Positions 28,433-38,546 of a stretch of 64,000 nt of DNA are shown one piece after another; within the stretch, counting starts at the first letter, position 1, and each line of letters begins with the position of its first letter. The notes below the pieces were generated by a model. The model was not told the DNA's origin, did no database searches, and saw nothing but the letters and a program-made list of their open reading frames with translations. The DNA is from an uncultured Candidatus Saccharibacteria bacterium. Its GTDB lineage: Bacteria; Patescibacteriota; Minisyncoccia; Phycocordibacterales; Zambryskibacteraceae. The stretch is from positions 4,818 to 68,817 of the forward strand of contig CAZFAS010000002.1 of assembly GCA_964516975.1 (NCBI GenBank). Direction: 5' to 3'. The translations under genes and the position numbers were made by a program.

Positions 28433-30229
28433 ATGAAAATAAAAAAACAGAGTACTGGTTTTACTTTGCTTGAGGTGCTTATCGGAGCTGCATTGTTTGC
28501 AATGATTGGAGTTGCGGTATACCAAGGTTATACAACACTCATTACGCTTGTTTCTGCTTCAAGAGTTAAGATTGCAGCGACTGATCTTATTAATGAAGAG
28601 CTTGAGTTAGTTCGAAATTTACAATACAAGGATGTGGGTGAGGTGAATGGTATTCCAGCGGGGGTAATTCCATCATCACAAACATTAGTACGAGATGGAA
28701 TCACTTTCACGGTAAATATCACAGTCAGAAATATTGATGACCCATTTGATGGAAAGATCGGAGGAAGTCCAAACGATCTTTCACCTGCAGACTACAAGCT
28801 CGTGCAAGTCGACGTTGATTGCGCAACGTGTAAAAATTTCCAGACAATGAGTGTTTCTACGAGAGTGTCTCCAAAGAACCTTGAGACAGCTTCAACAAAT
28901 GGTGCGCTTTTCGTAAAGGCAATTGATGCAAATGGACATCCAATTTCTGGAGCGCAGGTGCACATTGAGAATAATAAATTAAGTCCAAGGGTTGTTATTG
29001 ATGATGTGACAGGAGCAGACGGAACCCTTCAGGTTGTTGATGCGCCACCCGCGAATCTCTCATATGAAATTACCGTTACAAAGTCGGGTTATACAACAGA
29101 TAAGACATACGCAACTTCGACCAGTAATCCAAATCCAGTCAAACCCCATGCAACGGTACTTGTTCAGCAGGTTACTCAAATAAGTTTTGTTATTGATCAA
29201 GTCAGTACCGTTAATGTTTCTACAATATCAGATACATGTAGTCCGATAGGTGGTACACAGTTCACTATGTCAGGCACTCGACTGCTCGGTTCAAGTCCTG
29301 ATGTGTATAAATACAATCAAACTTTTACAACTGATGCGACCGGAAGAAAAACAATTTCGAATGTTGAATGGGACAATTACGCTATCACACTTGGTAATAA
29401 TGGAACGTATCTACAAGGTGTAAATCCATTACTTCCCGTTTCTGTGTTACCAGGCGCTGTGCAGAATATAAATCTTATACTTACGTCACAGGCTCCTCAA
29501 CATTTGCTTGTTACAGTGAAAGATAGCACAACATTGCTTCCAGTATCAGGAGCAACAGTGACTCTATCTAAATCTGGTTTCAATCAAACTGCACAAACTG
29601 GTAGGGGGTATTTACATCAGACAGATTGGTCTGGTGGGTCAGGGCAGATTAATTTTACAAATAGTACGCAGTTTTTTACATCTGATGGACATATCGATGT
29701 AAGTAATCCAACTGGTGAAATTAAATTAAATAACGTTTTCGGTGCCTATGAGACTGACGGGAACCTCACCTCGTCTACTTTTGATGCTGGTACAACAAGT
29801 AATTTTAATGAAATAACTTTTGCTCCTACAAATCAGCCACAAGCGACAGGCGCATCAAATATCAGATTTTTGTTTGCAAGCGCTACGACGACAAATCCAA
29901 GTGGTGGCTGGAATTTTCTAGGGCCGGATGGGACAAATGGCACATATTACGGTGCAGCTAATGAAAACATAAACTCAGTTCATAATGGTGATCGATACTT
30001 TAGGTATAAGGTATTTCTTAATACAGCAAGTACAACATTTACTCCAAATGTATCAGATGTTGCGGTTACATTTACTTCGGAATGTATCCCACCTGGGCAA
30101 GTTCTTTTCTCAGGGTTAAGTTCAGGAACCTATTCAATTACGGTTGATAAGACAGGTTATAGTCAGATTGTGGGACAAGTTCCAATTTCAAGTAACTGGC
30201 AGCAGATAGAAGTAATATTACAACCATAA
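28433..30229 (+). CDS. Large type IV pilin-like protein (about 598 aa) with class III prepilin signal
   Basis: 'MKIKKQSTG|FTLLEVLIGAALFAMIGVAVY' is a canonical G|FTLxE prepilin N-terminus. The long C-terminal domain contains CarbopepD-regulatory-like beta segments. An RBS-like 'agga' precedes the ATG at 28433. Confidence 0.7.
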   Translation: MKIKKQSTGFTLLEVLIGAALFAMIGVAVYQGYTTLITLVSASRVKIAATDLINEELELVRNLQYKDVGEVNGIPAGVIPSSQTLVRDGITFTVNITVRNIDDPFDGKIGGSPNDLSPADYKLVQVDVDCATCKNFQTMSVSTRVSPKNLETASTNGALFVKAIDANGHPISGAQVHIENNKLSPRVVIDDVTGADGTLQVVDAPPANLSYEITVTKSGYTTDKTYATSTSNPNPVKPHATVLVQQVTQISFVIDQVSTVNVSTISDTCSPIGGTQFTMSGTRLLGSSPDVYKYNQTFTTDATGRKTISNVEWDNYAITLGNNGTYLQGVNPLLPVSVLPGAVQNINLILTSQAPQHLLVTVKDSTTLLPVSGATVTLSKSGFNQTAQTGRGYLHQTDWSGGSGQINFTNSTQFFTSDGHIDVSNPTGEIKLNNVFGAYETDGNLTSSTFDAGTTSNFNEITFAPTNQPQATGASNIRFLFASATTTNPSGGWNFLGPDGTNGTYYGAANENINSVHNGDRYFRYKVFLNTASTTFTPNVSDVAVTFTSECIPPGQVLFSGLSSGTYSITVDKTGYSQIVGQVPISSNWQQIEVILQP

Positions 30230-30847
30230 ATGAAAACATTGCTTTCAAATACAAAAAAGGGAATGACCGCAGTTGAAATTATAGTTTCAGTATCAATTTT
30301 TATTATGATCTTTTTGATCATTTCGAATTTTAATAGAGATATATTTTTCTTAAATTCAAATTTGCAGAGCAATATGAATGCCCAGTTCTATGCTCGAAAG
30401 GTTATTAGAACAATAGTTATGCAACTTCGAAGCGCATCACCATCAAGTTTGGGATCATATCCAATAGCTCAAGCCGGAACATCTTCACTTATTTTTTATA
30501 GCAATATTGATGGAGATGCTTACAAAGAAAGAATTCGGTACTTTCTTCAGGGTACGGATTTTAAAATAGGTATCATAAAGCCCTCTGGTAGCCCTCTTAC
30601 CTATAACCCTGCACAAGAAACTGTTACGACATTAATTCGAGACGTTGTGCCGACAACTACCCCAATTTTTGATTATTATGCAGAGACATATGCCGGAACA
30701 TCGACCGCACTCACTCTTCCAATCGATATTCTTTCTATACGATTAATTCGTGCTACTCTTACTATAGATCAAGATGTGAAGCGTTTACCTTCAGCAGTTA
30801 CCGCAACCTCTCAAGTCATGCTAAGAAATTTAAAAGGAAATCAATAG
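30230..30847 (+). CDS. Minor pilin / pseudopilin-like protein
   Basis: 'KKG|MTAVEIIVSVSIFIMIFLII' is a prepilin-type N-terminal motif with Glu at +5. Confidence 0.65.
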   Translation: MKTLLSNTKKGMTAVEIIVSVSIFIMIFLIISNFNRDIFFLNSNLQSNMNAQFYARKVIRTIVMQLRSASPSSLGSYPIAQAGTSSLIFYSNIDGDAYKERIRYFLQGTDFKIGIIKPSGSPLTYNPAQETVTTLIRDVVPTTTPIFDYYAETYAGTSTALTLPIDILSIRLIRATLTIDQDVKRLPSAVTATSQVMLRNLKGNQ

Positions 30848-30848
30848 T

Positions 30849-32306
30849 ATGAGTATCAACTATAAAAAGGGACAATTGTTAGTATTGATTTTAGTACTTA
30901 GTTCTATTTCTATTATTTTGATCGGAGGTCTTGTTGGGTGGGCAGGTGTAAACATAAAAGCTTCACGTCAATCTTTGGATAGGGAGCGAGCAATTCAGCT
31001 TGCTGAATCGGGTATTGATTATTATCGCTGGCACTTAGCACATGCAAGTCAGGACTTTCAGGATGGTACAGGTCAGGCAGGCCCTTATGTGCATGATGTT
31101 AAAGATAAAAATGGAGTATCGATCGGTTCGTTTTCCCTCACCATTACACCTCCTATCGTAGGTTCAACAAAAGTAAAAGTGGTGTCTACTGGAATGCCCA
31201 CAAGTACGAGTATAGTAAGAAAAATACAAGTTGAATTTGCTATACCGTCACTTGCAAAATATGCTGTCGTTGCAAATGACAATATTCGATTTGGAGAGGG
31301 AACAGAAGTGTTTGGACCCATCCACTCCAATCAAGGTATTCGATTTGATGGTTTTACTCATAATAATATAACAAGCGCGCTTGCATCATATGATGATCCT
31401 GACCATTCTGGGGCAGCTGAATATGGAGTGCATACTCATTTAAATATACCAGTAAGTAGTGGTGTGAATGATACATTTAGACCACTTGAGGCCCCACCAG
31501 CAACTATTGCTGCAAGATCCGATGTGTTTGAGGTTGGAAGACAATTTCCAGTTCCCGCTGAGGATTTTGTTGGGCTCACTACGAACCTTGCACAGATAAA
31601 AACTAGTGCACAGTCATCGGGGAGATATTTCGCACCCTCAGGAGCCCAAGGCTACCTTATTATTTTGAAGACAAATGACTCGTTTGATCTGTATAAAGTT
31701 AATACACAGGTTACACCATCTTCAAACTGCACTAATTCAACATCCCAAACAGGATGGGGTACATGGAGTGTTAATGCAAAGACTTTTGTTGCCAATTATG
31801 CAATTCCCGTAAATGGACTTATTTTTGTGGAGGATAATCTATGGGTTGAAGGTGCAATAAATACAGCACGAGTAACAATAGCTGCTGGGAGATTTCCGGA
31901 TAGTCCAGCGACGAGGCCTGCAATAACAGTAAATAATAATTTAACTTATACAAATTATGATGGTACAGATGTGGTATCTCTTATTTCTCAAGGTAATTTA
32001 AATGTTGGGATGGTTAGTCAAGACAATCTTCGTATTGATGCTGCGTTGGTGGCACAGAATGGTCGTGTAGGAAGGTATTATTATCCAGGGCCTGGAAATC
32101 GAACATGCGCACCCTATCATTCGAGAGCAAGCATTACGCTTTACGGCATGATAGTCACAAATCTACGTTATGGATTTGCTTACACAGATGGAAATGGCTA
32201 TGACGTGAGAAACATCACTTATGATGCAAATCTCCTCTATGGCCCACCACCAAGTTTCCCACTTACAACTGATCAATATCAAGTTATTTCTTGGCAAGAG
32301 ATATAA
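30849..32306 (+). CDS. Pilus-associated protein with pilin-like hydrophobic N-terminus (PilX/minor-pilin-like, hypothetical)
   Basis: 485 aa. 'KKGQLLVLILVLSSISIILIGGLVGWAG' N-terminus, but no Glu at +5. Translationally coupled in the pilin operon. Confidence 0.5.
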   Translation: MSINYKKGQLLVLILVLSSISIILIGGLVGWAGVNIKASRQSLDRERAIQLAESGIDYYRWHLAHASQDFQDGTGQAGPYVHDVKDKNGVSIGSFSLTITPPIVGSTKVKVVSTGMPTSTSIVRKIQVEFAIPSLAKYAVVANDNIRFGEGTEVFGPIHSNQGIRFDGFTHNNITSALASYDDPDHSGAAEYGVHTHLNIPVSSGVNDTFRPLEAPPATIAARSDVFEVGRQFPVPAEDFVGLTTNLAQIKTSAQSSGRYFAPSGAQGYLIILKTNDSFDLYKVNTQVTPSSNCTNSTSQTGWGTWSVNAKTFVANYAIPVNGLIFVEDNLWVEGAINTARVTIAAGRFPDSPATRPAITVNNNLTYTNYDGTDVVSLISQGNLNVGMVSQDNLRIDAALVAQNGRVGRYYYPGPGNRTCAPYHSRASITLYGMIVTNLRYGFAYTDGNGYDVRNITYDANLLYGPPPSFPLTTDQYQVISWQEI

Positions 32307-32325
32307 ATTACTCTCATGATATAAT

Positions 32326-33090
32326 GTGCGAATGAAAAAGATCGTCATAGCAAACTGGAAAATGAACCCAGTTAGCCTTACAGAGGCAAAAAAATTGTTT
32401 ACAGAAACAAAGAGAAAAGCGGGTGCTTTAAAGAAGACACAGGTCGTGGTGTGTTCTCCGTTTGTTTTTTTATCGTCACTCATTGTTAAGAAAAATAAAA
32501 AGTTTTTCCTTGGATCACAGGATTCTTTTTGGATTCCATCTGGAGCGTATACGGGTGAAGTGAGCAGTGAAATGCTGAAGAGTCTCGGTGTGTCACACGT
32601 AATTGTTGGGCACTCAGAAAGAAGGGGAATGGGAGAAACAGATGAAATGGTTTCAAAGAAGATCGCCTCACTTACAAAGTTGCAAATCGTTCCAGTGCTT
32701 TGCATTGGTGAAAGAGAGCGAGATACACATGGTGAGTATTTAGCCATTCTCTCAAAGCAAATAAAAGCGTCCCTTTCAGGTGTTCAAAAAAGGGATGTTA
32801 AAAATATTGTTATTGCGTATGAACCAATTTGGGCAATCGGGAAAACTGCAGAAGAAGCGATGAATCCTCATAAGTTACATGAAATGGTTCTCTATATTCG
32901 TAAGGTGCTCGCAGAAATATATGGAAGAGATATTGCACAGAGTGTGCAGATAATCTACGGAGGATCAGTTGAATCGAAAAATGCACAGGCACTTATGAAA
33001 GATGGAAATGTTTCTGGTTTTCTTGTTGGGCACGCATCACTATCCGCAAAGGGTTTTGGTGAAATTATTACAGCTGTAGAAAAATCATAA
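32326..33090 (+). CDS. tpiA: Triosephosphate isomerase
   Basis: 'IANWKMN', 'GHSERR' and 'AYEPIWAIGTGKTA'-type motifs. Confidence 0.9.
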   Translation: MRMKKIVIANWKMNPVSLTEAKKLFTETKRKAGALKKTQVVVCSPFVFLSSLIVKKNKKFFLGSQDSFWIPSGAYTGEVSSEMLKSLGVSHVIVGHSERRGMGETDEMVSKKIASLTKLQIVPVLCIGERERDTHGEYLAILSKQIKASLSGVQKRDVKNIVIAYEPIWAIGKTAEEAMNPHKLHEMVLYIRKVLAEIYGRDIAQSVQIIYGGSVESKNAQALMKDGNVSGFLVGHASLSAKGFGEIITAVEKS

Positions 33091-33091
33091 T

Positions 33092-34204
33092 ATGAAAGGA
33101 ATTCGAGGGGTTGATGTGAAAGGGAAAAGAGTGTTTGTGCGTGCAGATTTCAACGTGCCTATTAGTAATGGGAAAGTTGCTGATTCATTTCGTATAGAAA
33201 AAACTCTCGAGACTATTCAGTATTTGGTGGCGGGAGGGGCACATATTATCCTTGCAAGTCATATTGAAAATGATGCTGGAGAAAATTCACTAAGGCCGGT
33301 ATATGAATATTTACAAGAGAAATTTCCTATGGAATTTGTTTCTGAATATTATCCTAATACTCCAGCAGAGCTCGGTCATGCATTTGAAAATGGTAAAATT
33401 GTATTACTTGAGAATCTACGAAAATACGAAGGTGAAAAAAATAATGATGATGTGTTTGCAAAACATCTTTCGAGTTTTGCGGACATCTATGTTAATGAGT
33501 CATTTGCAACTTCACATAGAAGACATGCTTCACTTGTAAAAATTCCTACTTATATCCCTGCGTATGCGGGTATAGTATTTGAGCAAGAGGTAACCGAACT
33601 TTCAAGGGCTTTTCATCCCGAACATCCATTCCTATTTATTCTTGGTGGTGCAAAATTTGAAACAAAATTACCCCTCATTCAGAAGTTTTTTGCGCTTGCT
33701 GACAAAGTATTTATTGGTGGCGCGCTTGCGAATGATTTTTTGAAAGCGAAGGGGGTTAATACAGGAATCTCACTGCTATCTAAAGGAAATATATCTGTAA
33801 CAGAATTTTTAACTGATAAACTTATTTTACCTATAGATGTTAGGGTAAAAACTGCAGATGGTGTAAAAGTAAAAAAAATTGAGGAAATAGATGACGGAGA
33901 TTTTATCGTGGATGTTGGTCCGCAGACGATTGAGTCTATGGATTCAATTATTTTGGACTCGAAATTTATATTATGGAATGGGCCACTTGGAAATTATGAA
34001 ATAGGATTTAAGGATTCAACATTAGAATTAGCTAAAAAAATTGCAGATAGTGAAGCCATGTCTATCGTTGGTGGGGGAGATACCGTCGCATCTATTGCAG
34101 AGCTCGGACTCAGTAGCAAGTTTTCTTTTATATCTACAGGTGGTGGGGCAATGCTTGATTTTCTTGCGAATGAGACACTCCCAGGTATAGAAGCTTTAGG
34201 GTAG
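33092..34204 (+). CDS. pgk: Phosphoglycerate kinase
   Basis: 'KRVFVRADFNVP', 'SHIENDAGENSLRPV' and 'GGGAMLDFL' are PGK motifs. Confidence 0.9.
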   Translation: MKGIRGVDVKGKRVFVRADFNVPISNGKVADSFRIEKTLETIQYLVAGGAHIILASHIENDAGENSLRPVYEYLQEKFPMEFVSEYYPNTPAELGHAFENGKIVLLENLRKYEGEKNNDDVFAKHLSSFADIYVNESFATSHRRHASLVKIPTYIPAYAGIVFEQEVTELSRAFHPEHPFLFILGGAKFETKLPLIQKFFALADKVFIGGALANDFLKAKGVNTGISLLSKGNISVTEFLTDKLILPIDVRVKTADGVKVKKIEEIDDGDFIVDVGPQTIESMDSIILDSKFILWNGPLGNYEIGFKDSTLELAKKIADSEAMSIVGGGDTVASIAELGLSSKFSFISTGGGAMLDFLANETLPGIEALG

Positions 34205-34603
34205 ATTATTTTTTATTTTTTGTGCGATTTCTTGCATGCGCTCTGCGCTCTCATACTTTGTTGCTGGCCAAAACCCAGCTAAGCCGTCGTCTTTAAATCG
34301 TGGAATAAGATGTATGTGGAAATGCGGGACATCGGTACCGACAACTGTAAGCACCACAAAATCAGCACCAACGCCTTTTCTAATCGGCTCTATAAGCGAT
34401 TTTGCTTTTACAAAAAGGGTTTCAATGAGGTGATCAGGTGTTTGGACTAGTGATTCATGGTGTTCCTTCGGTATAACAAGAACATGACCTTCGTGGACGG
34501 GGTTAATATCGAGTAGGGAAAGTGACACGCCATCTTCATGAATAATGGTTGCAGGTATTTCCTTTTTTATGATTTTACAAAATATGCAATTTTCCATATA
34601 CAT
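34196..34603 (-). CDS. HIT-family (histidine triad) hydrolase
   Basis: 'CIFCKII' and 'HFHIHLIPR' form the HxHxHxx histidine triad. Confidence 0.85.
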   Translation of the reverse strand: MYMENCIFCKIIKKEIPATIIHEDGVSLSLLDINPVHEGHVLVIPKEHHESLVQTPDHLIETLFVKAKSLIEPIRKGVGADFVVLTVVGTDVPHFHIHLIPRFKDDGLAGFWPATKYESAERMQEIAQKIKNNLP

Positions 34604-34658
34604 ATCAGTATAGCGATAGTTGGAGTTTTCTAGAAGCCCTCATGATAGAATGTGCCCT

Positions 34659-36359
34659 ATGAAATCATACCGAATGAGAGAAAGGGTCACTAAAAGGCCA
34701 GATTCATTAGCACACTATCCAGTTATCCTTCAAAACCTCCTTCTTGCGCGTGGACTTAGCGAACCAGCACATATTGAACAGTTTTTAAACCCAGACTATG
34801 AATCTGGGCTCCACGACCCGTTTCTCCTCAATGACATGGATAAGGCGGTAGATCGAATTCTTTTTGCAATAGCAAACAAAGAAAATATTTTAATTTACAG
34901 TGATTATGATGCCGATGGTATCCCAGGTGGAGTGATGCTTAAAGAATTTTTCGATAAGATTGGATATGTTCAAGTAGAAAATTATATCCCACATCGGCAC
35001 GATGAAGGATATGGATTGCATCTCGACGCAGTGGAGTCTTTTCTTCCGAAGGATATAAAACTTATCATCACGGTTGATTGTGGAATCGTAGATGTCGATC
35101 AAGTTGCTCGTGCACAGGAACTCGGTATGGATGTAATTATTACTGATCATCATGAGCAAGGGCAAGAACTCCCTCCTGCATATGCAGTTATTAACCCAAA
35201 ACGTAATGATTCCACGTATCCTGAGAAAATATTGTGCGGATCGGGCGTTGCATTTAAATTAATTCAAGCAATACTTTCAAAAAATCGTTTTGGGATGATT
35301 GAGGGCCATGAAAAATGGTTCCTTGATCTTGTTGGTATGGCAACACTCTCCGACATGGTTCCATTGGTAGGAGAAAACAGGGTGCTCGCGCACTACGGTT
35401 TGAAAGTTTTGAGGAAATCGCCGAGGCCTGGACTCCAAGAGTTGTGGAAAAAGCTCCGGGTGAACCAATCAAAGCTTGTCGAGGATGATATTGGATTTTC
35501 ACTCTCACCTCGGATAAACGCTGCTTCTCGAATGGGACACCCAATGGATGGGTTTAGGCTTCTCTATACAAAAGATTTTCTCGAGGGAAGTGAGTCGGCT
35601 TTGTACTTGGATAAAATAAATAATGAACGAAAAGGCGTTGTCGCTTCTCTTGTAAAAGATATTCGTAAAAGAATTCGTGAACGTGAATTGCAAGGTGAAT
35701 TACCACAAGTATTAGTATTTGGAAATCCTGAATGGAAACCAGCGCTTTTAGGACTCGCTGGTAATTCAATTATGGATGATATTAATCGTCCGATATTTCT
35801 TTGGGGGAGAAATGGGGATACTGATTTAAAGGGTTCATGCAGGTCGAATGGTAGCGTTGATCTCGTGAAGCTTATGCAAGAGGCAGGAAGTGTTTTCACT
35901 CAGTTTGGGGGTCATAAGATGGCAGGAGGGTTCGCGCTTGCTCATGATTCAGTGCATACTCTCGAAGAAGTTTTAAATAGTGCATATGAAGTGGTCAAAG
36001 GTGGTGAAGAAATTGTCTACTGGATAGACGAGGAACTTGATATACATGACATTACTAACGAAACATACGAACACTTACATAAGCTTGCACCGTTTGGTGT
36101 GGGGAATGAGAGACCAGTATTCCTTTTTAAAGATACTCCTATCCAAAAAGTTGGTTTATTCGGAAAAGAAAAAAATCATCTGGAATTAATACTCGGCGAT
36201 GAATTAAAAAGCGTGAAGGCGATAAAGTTTTTCTCAAAACCAGAAAGCTTTGAGAAATCTCCGAAAGAGAATGAGTCAAGAGATATTATTGCAACAATAG
36301 AGAAATCAACATTTGGATACAGACCAGAGCTTCGATTGCGGATTATTGATATCATATAA
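34659..36359 (+). CDS. recJ: Single-stranded-DNA-specific exonuclease RecJ
   Basis: DHH motifs 'IYSDYDADGIPG' and 'ITDHHE', plus a DHHA1 domain 'GGHKMAGGFAL'. Start is probably the internal Met (the tool ORF begins at 34620). Confidence 0.85.
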   Translation: MKSYRMRERVTKRPDSLAHYPVILQNLLLARGLSEPAHIEQFLNPDYESGLHDPFLLNDMDKAVDRILFAIANKENILIYSDYDADGIPGGVMLKEFFDKIGYVQVENYIPHRHDEGYGLHLDAVESFLPKDIKLIITVDCGIVDVDQVARAQELGMDVIITDHHEQGQELPPAYAVINPKRNDSTYPEKILCGSGVAFKLIQAILSKNRFGMIEGHEKWFLDLVGMATLSDMVPLVGENRVLAHYGLKVLRKSPRPGLQELWKKLRVNQSKLVEDDIGFSLSPRINAASRMGHPMDGFRLLYTKDFLEGSESALYLDKINNERKGVVASLVKDIRKRIRERELQGELPQVLVFGNPEWKPALLGLAGNSIMDDINRPIFLWGRNGDTDLKGSCRSNGSVDLVKLMQEAGSVFTQFGGHKMAGGFALAHDSVHTLEEVLNSAYEVVKGGEEIVYWIDEELDIHDITNETYEHLHKLAPFGVGNERPVFLFKDTPIQKVGLFGKEKNHLELILGDELKSVKAIKFFSKPESFEKSPKENESRDIIATIEKSTFGYRPELRLRIIDII

Positions 36360-36361
36360 CA

Positions 36362-37066
36362 ATGGCAACAATAAAAATTTTTACTGATGGGTCATCACGA
36401 GGGAACCCAGGACCGGGTGGGTGGGGAAGTATTGTTGTAACGGACGATATGGTTATGGAGCTCGGTGGGAGAGAAGAGTACACCACAAATAACAGAATGG
36501 AGCTTACTGCAGTGCTAGAGGGGTTACGACGTACTACTCATAATGATTTGATTACGGTGTACACAGATTCTAGTTATGTATTAAAAGGTTGTACCCTATG
36601 GCTTTCAACGTGGAAGAAGAATGATTGGCTGACAAAAGGGAAAGATCCAGTTTTGAATAAAGATATATGGGTTGCAATGGATGATCTCCTTTCCACAAAA
36701 AAAATTACGTGGAAACTGTTACCAGGGCACTCTGGAATCCCTGCAAATGAGCGCTGTGACGAGATTGCTACCACTTTTGCAGATAACCTAGTCCCAGATT
36801 TATATTCAGGTAAAATCAGCGAATATGGCGTTGATATTACAGTGCTTGAATCAGAGGGAGGTAAAAAGCCTTCACGAAGTAAACAAAGTGCTGGAAAGGC
36901 GTATTCGTATGTGAGTATGGTGAATGGAGAAATACTTACTCATACAACATGGGAGCAGTGTGAGAAGCGGGTGAAAGGTGTTAAAAATACAAAGTTTAAA
37001 AAAGCCATGTCGCTTGAAGATGAACAGAATATAATCAGAGAATGGAGAAAGATTTCTCATATATAG
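36362..37066 (+). CDS. rnhA: Ribonuclease HI with an about 80-aa C-terminal extension
   Basis: 'IFTDGSSRGNPGPGGWG', 'NNRMELTAV' and 'YTDSSYV' form the RNase H core. A lysine-rich tail follows and overlaps the next gene by 25 nt. Confidence 0.85.
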   Translation: MATIKIFTDGSSRGNPGPGGWGSIVVTDDMVMELGGREEYTTNNRMELTAVLEGLRRTTHNDLITVYTDSSYVLKGCTLWLSTWKKNDWLTKGKDPVLNKDIWVAMDDLLSTKKITWKLLPGHSGIPANERCDEIATTFADNLVPDLYSGKISEYGVDITVLESEGGKKPSRSKQSAGKAYSYVSMVNGEILTHTTWEQCEKRVKGVKNTKFKKAMSLEDEQNIIREWRKISHI

Positions 37067-38532
37067 AAAAGAATCAGTTTTTCATTACAGTATCAAGTTT
37101 TTTCCTTGGGGTTCTCTTTGCTTCTTTTTTCCATATCAGCATACCTCTCTTCGTTTCCTGTATATTCTTCGCACTAGGTACTCTTCTCTATAGTAATTTC
37201 ACATTTAAGTTTTCAAAAAAATTTTTCATTACATTTGTATTATGTTTAGCTTTCTTTGCACTAGGGACCTTTCGATTTTATACAAAAGATGTTGATCACA
37301 GAAATAGTAATATAGATTCCCATATGGGGAAGCAGATTACCTTCACTGCTACCATCGTGGAGTCACCCGTAGAAAAAGAAAATGGTCGTGATTATATAGT
37401 GAAGGCTCCTAGTGGATCGATGAATATTTTAGTTCATGCTGGATTATATCCAGCATTTCGATATGGCGACACGGTAACATTTACTGGAAAACTTGATGTA
37501 CCAAAAAGCTTTGAAACAGATACAGGAAAGGTGTTTGATTATCCTTCGTATTTAAAAAAGAATGGGGTGGGGTATATTCTCTCATTTGCGAAAGGGGAGC
37601 ATGTTTCATCAGGTAACGCACACATAGTGACTGATTATTTGTTTAGAATACGGGATTCGTTTGTTCGTAATATTCAAAAGGTTGTTCCTGAGCCGGGAGC
37701 TTCACTTCTAACAGGAATACTTTTAGGTAATGATTCAATGCCAAAAAGTATCGAAGATTCATTCCGAAGAACTGGTATTGTCCATATTGTCGTACTGTCA
37801 GGTTATAACATCACTATTGTTGCCGAGTCCTTAGTTCAGGCATTTGCATTTCTTCCGAAATATTTTTCATTGGGAGCTGGTGCCCTTGGTATTATTCTTT
37901 TTTCTCTTATGGTTGGCGGAACACCCTCAGTTCTTCGCGCCTCATGTATGGCACTACTCGTGCTTATCGCAAAATTTACGGGGAGAACATATGACGTTGG
38001 GAGAGCCCTCATTATTTCGGGTTTTATTATGGTGTTCGTTAATCCGTATTTATTAGTTTTTGATACCTCGTTTCAGTTATCATTTCTTTCAACGATTGCC
38101 CTAATCTGGATTTCTCCCGTTGTAGTGAGATATTTAGAGTGGGTTCCACATCGTTTCGGCATTCAAGAGATAACATGTGCAACATTATCGACTCAGCTAT
38201 TCGTTCTTCCTCTTATTTTATTAAAGATCGGGCAGGTTTCGCTTGTTGGTCTCCCTGTGAACTTGCTTGTGCTTGGAGTTATACCACTTCTTATGCTCAT
38301 CGGATTTGTGACCGGACTCTTGGGATATGTAGCTCATGCAATTGCGCTTCCGTTCGCTTTTCTAGCACACATCATTCTCTCGTATGTATTTCTTGTAGTT
38401 AAAATATTTGATTCATTCTCATTTGCTTCGATTTCGATTCCATATTTTGGCGCAACGTTATTTATCACTTTGTATGTTTTTTATGGAGTAGCATTTTTCA
38501 ATTTGAAAGATAAGAAAAAAAGCACCAACTAG
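37042..38532 (+). CDS. comEC: ComEC/Rec2-family DNA internalisation channel, membrane portion only (no MBL domain)
   Basis: 496 aa. Polytopic membrane protein with DUF4131-like N-terminus and competence domain 'GIVHIVVLSGYNITIVAESL'. Ends before any metallo-beta-lactamase domain. Confidence 0.75.
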   Translation: MEKDFSYIEKNQFFITVSSFFLGVLFASFFHISIPLFVSCIFFALGTLLYSNFTFKFSKKFFITFVLCLAFFALGTFRFYTKDVDHRNSNIDSHMGKQITFTATIVESPVEKENGRDYIVKAPSGSMNILVHAGLYPAFRYGDTVTFTGKLDVPKSFETDTGKVFDYPSYLKKNGVGYILSFAKGEHVSSGNAHIVTDYLFRIRDSFVRNIQKVVPEPGASLLTGILLGNDSMPKSIEDSFRRTGIVHIVVLSGYNITIVAESLVQAFAFLPKYFSLGAGALGIILFSLMVGGTPSVLRASCMALLVLIAKFTGRTYDVGRALIISGFIMVFVNPYLLVFDTSFQLSFLSTIALIWISPVVVRYLEWVPHRFGIQEITCATLSTQLFVLPLILLKIGQVSLVGLPVNLLVLGVIPLLMLIGFVTGLLGYVAHAIALPFAFLAHIILSYVFLVVKIFDSFSFASISIPYFGATLFITLYVFYGVAFFNLKDKKKSTN

Positions 38533-38540
38533 GTGCTTTT
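38515..38540. terminator. Bidirectional terminator overlapping the comEC stop
   Basis: aaaaaagcacc-aacta-ggtgctttttt. Confidence 0.5.
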
Positions 38541-38546
38541 TTCTAA

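Noticed and set aside
32163-32747. 194-aa - ORF
   Set aside because: Antisense to the end of the pilus-associated gene and to tpiA. No homology.
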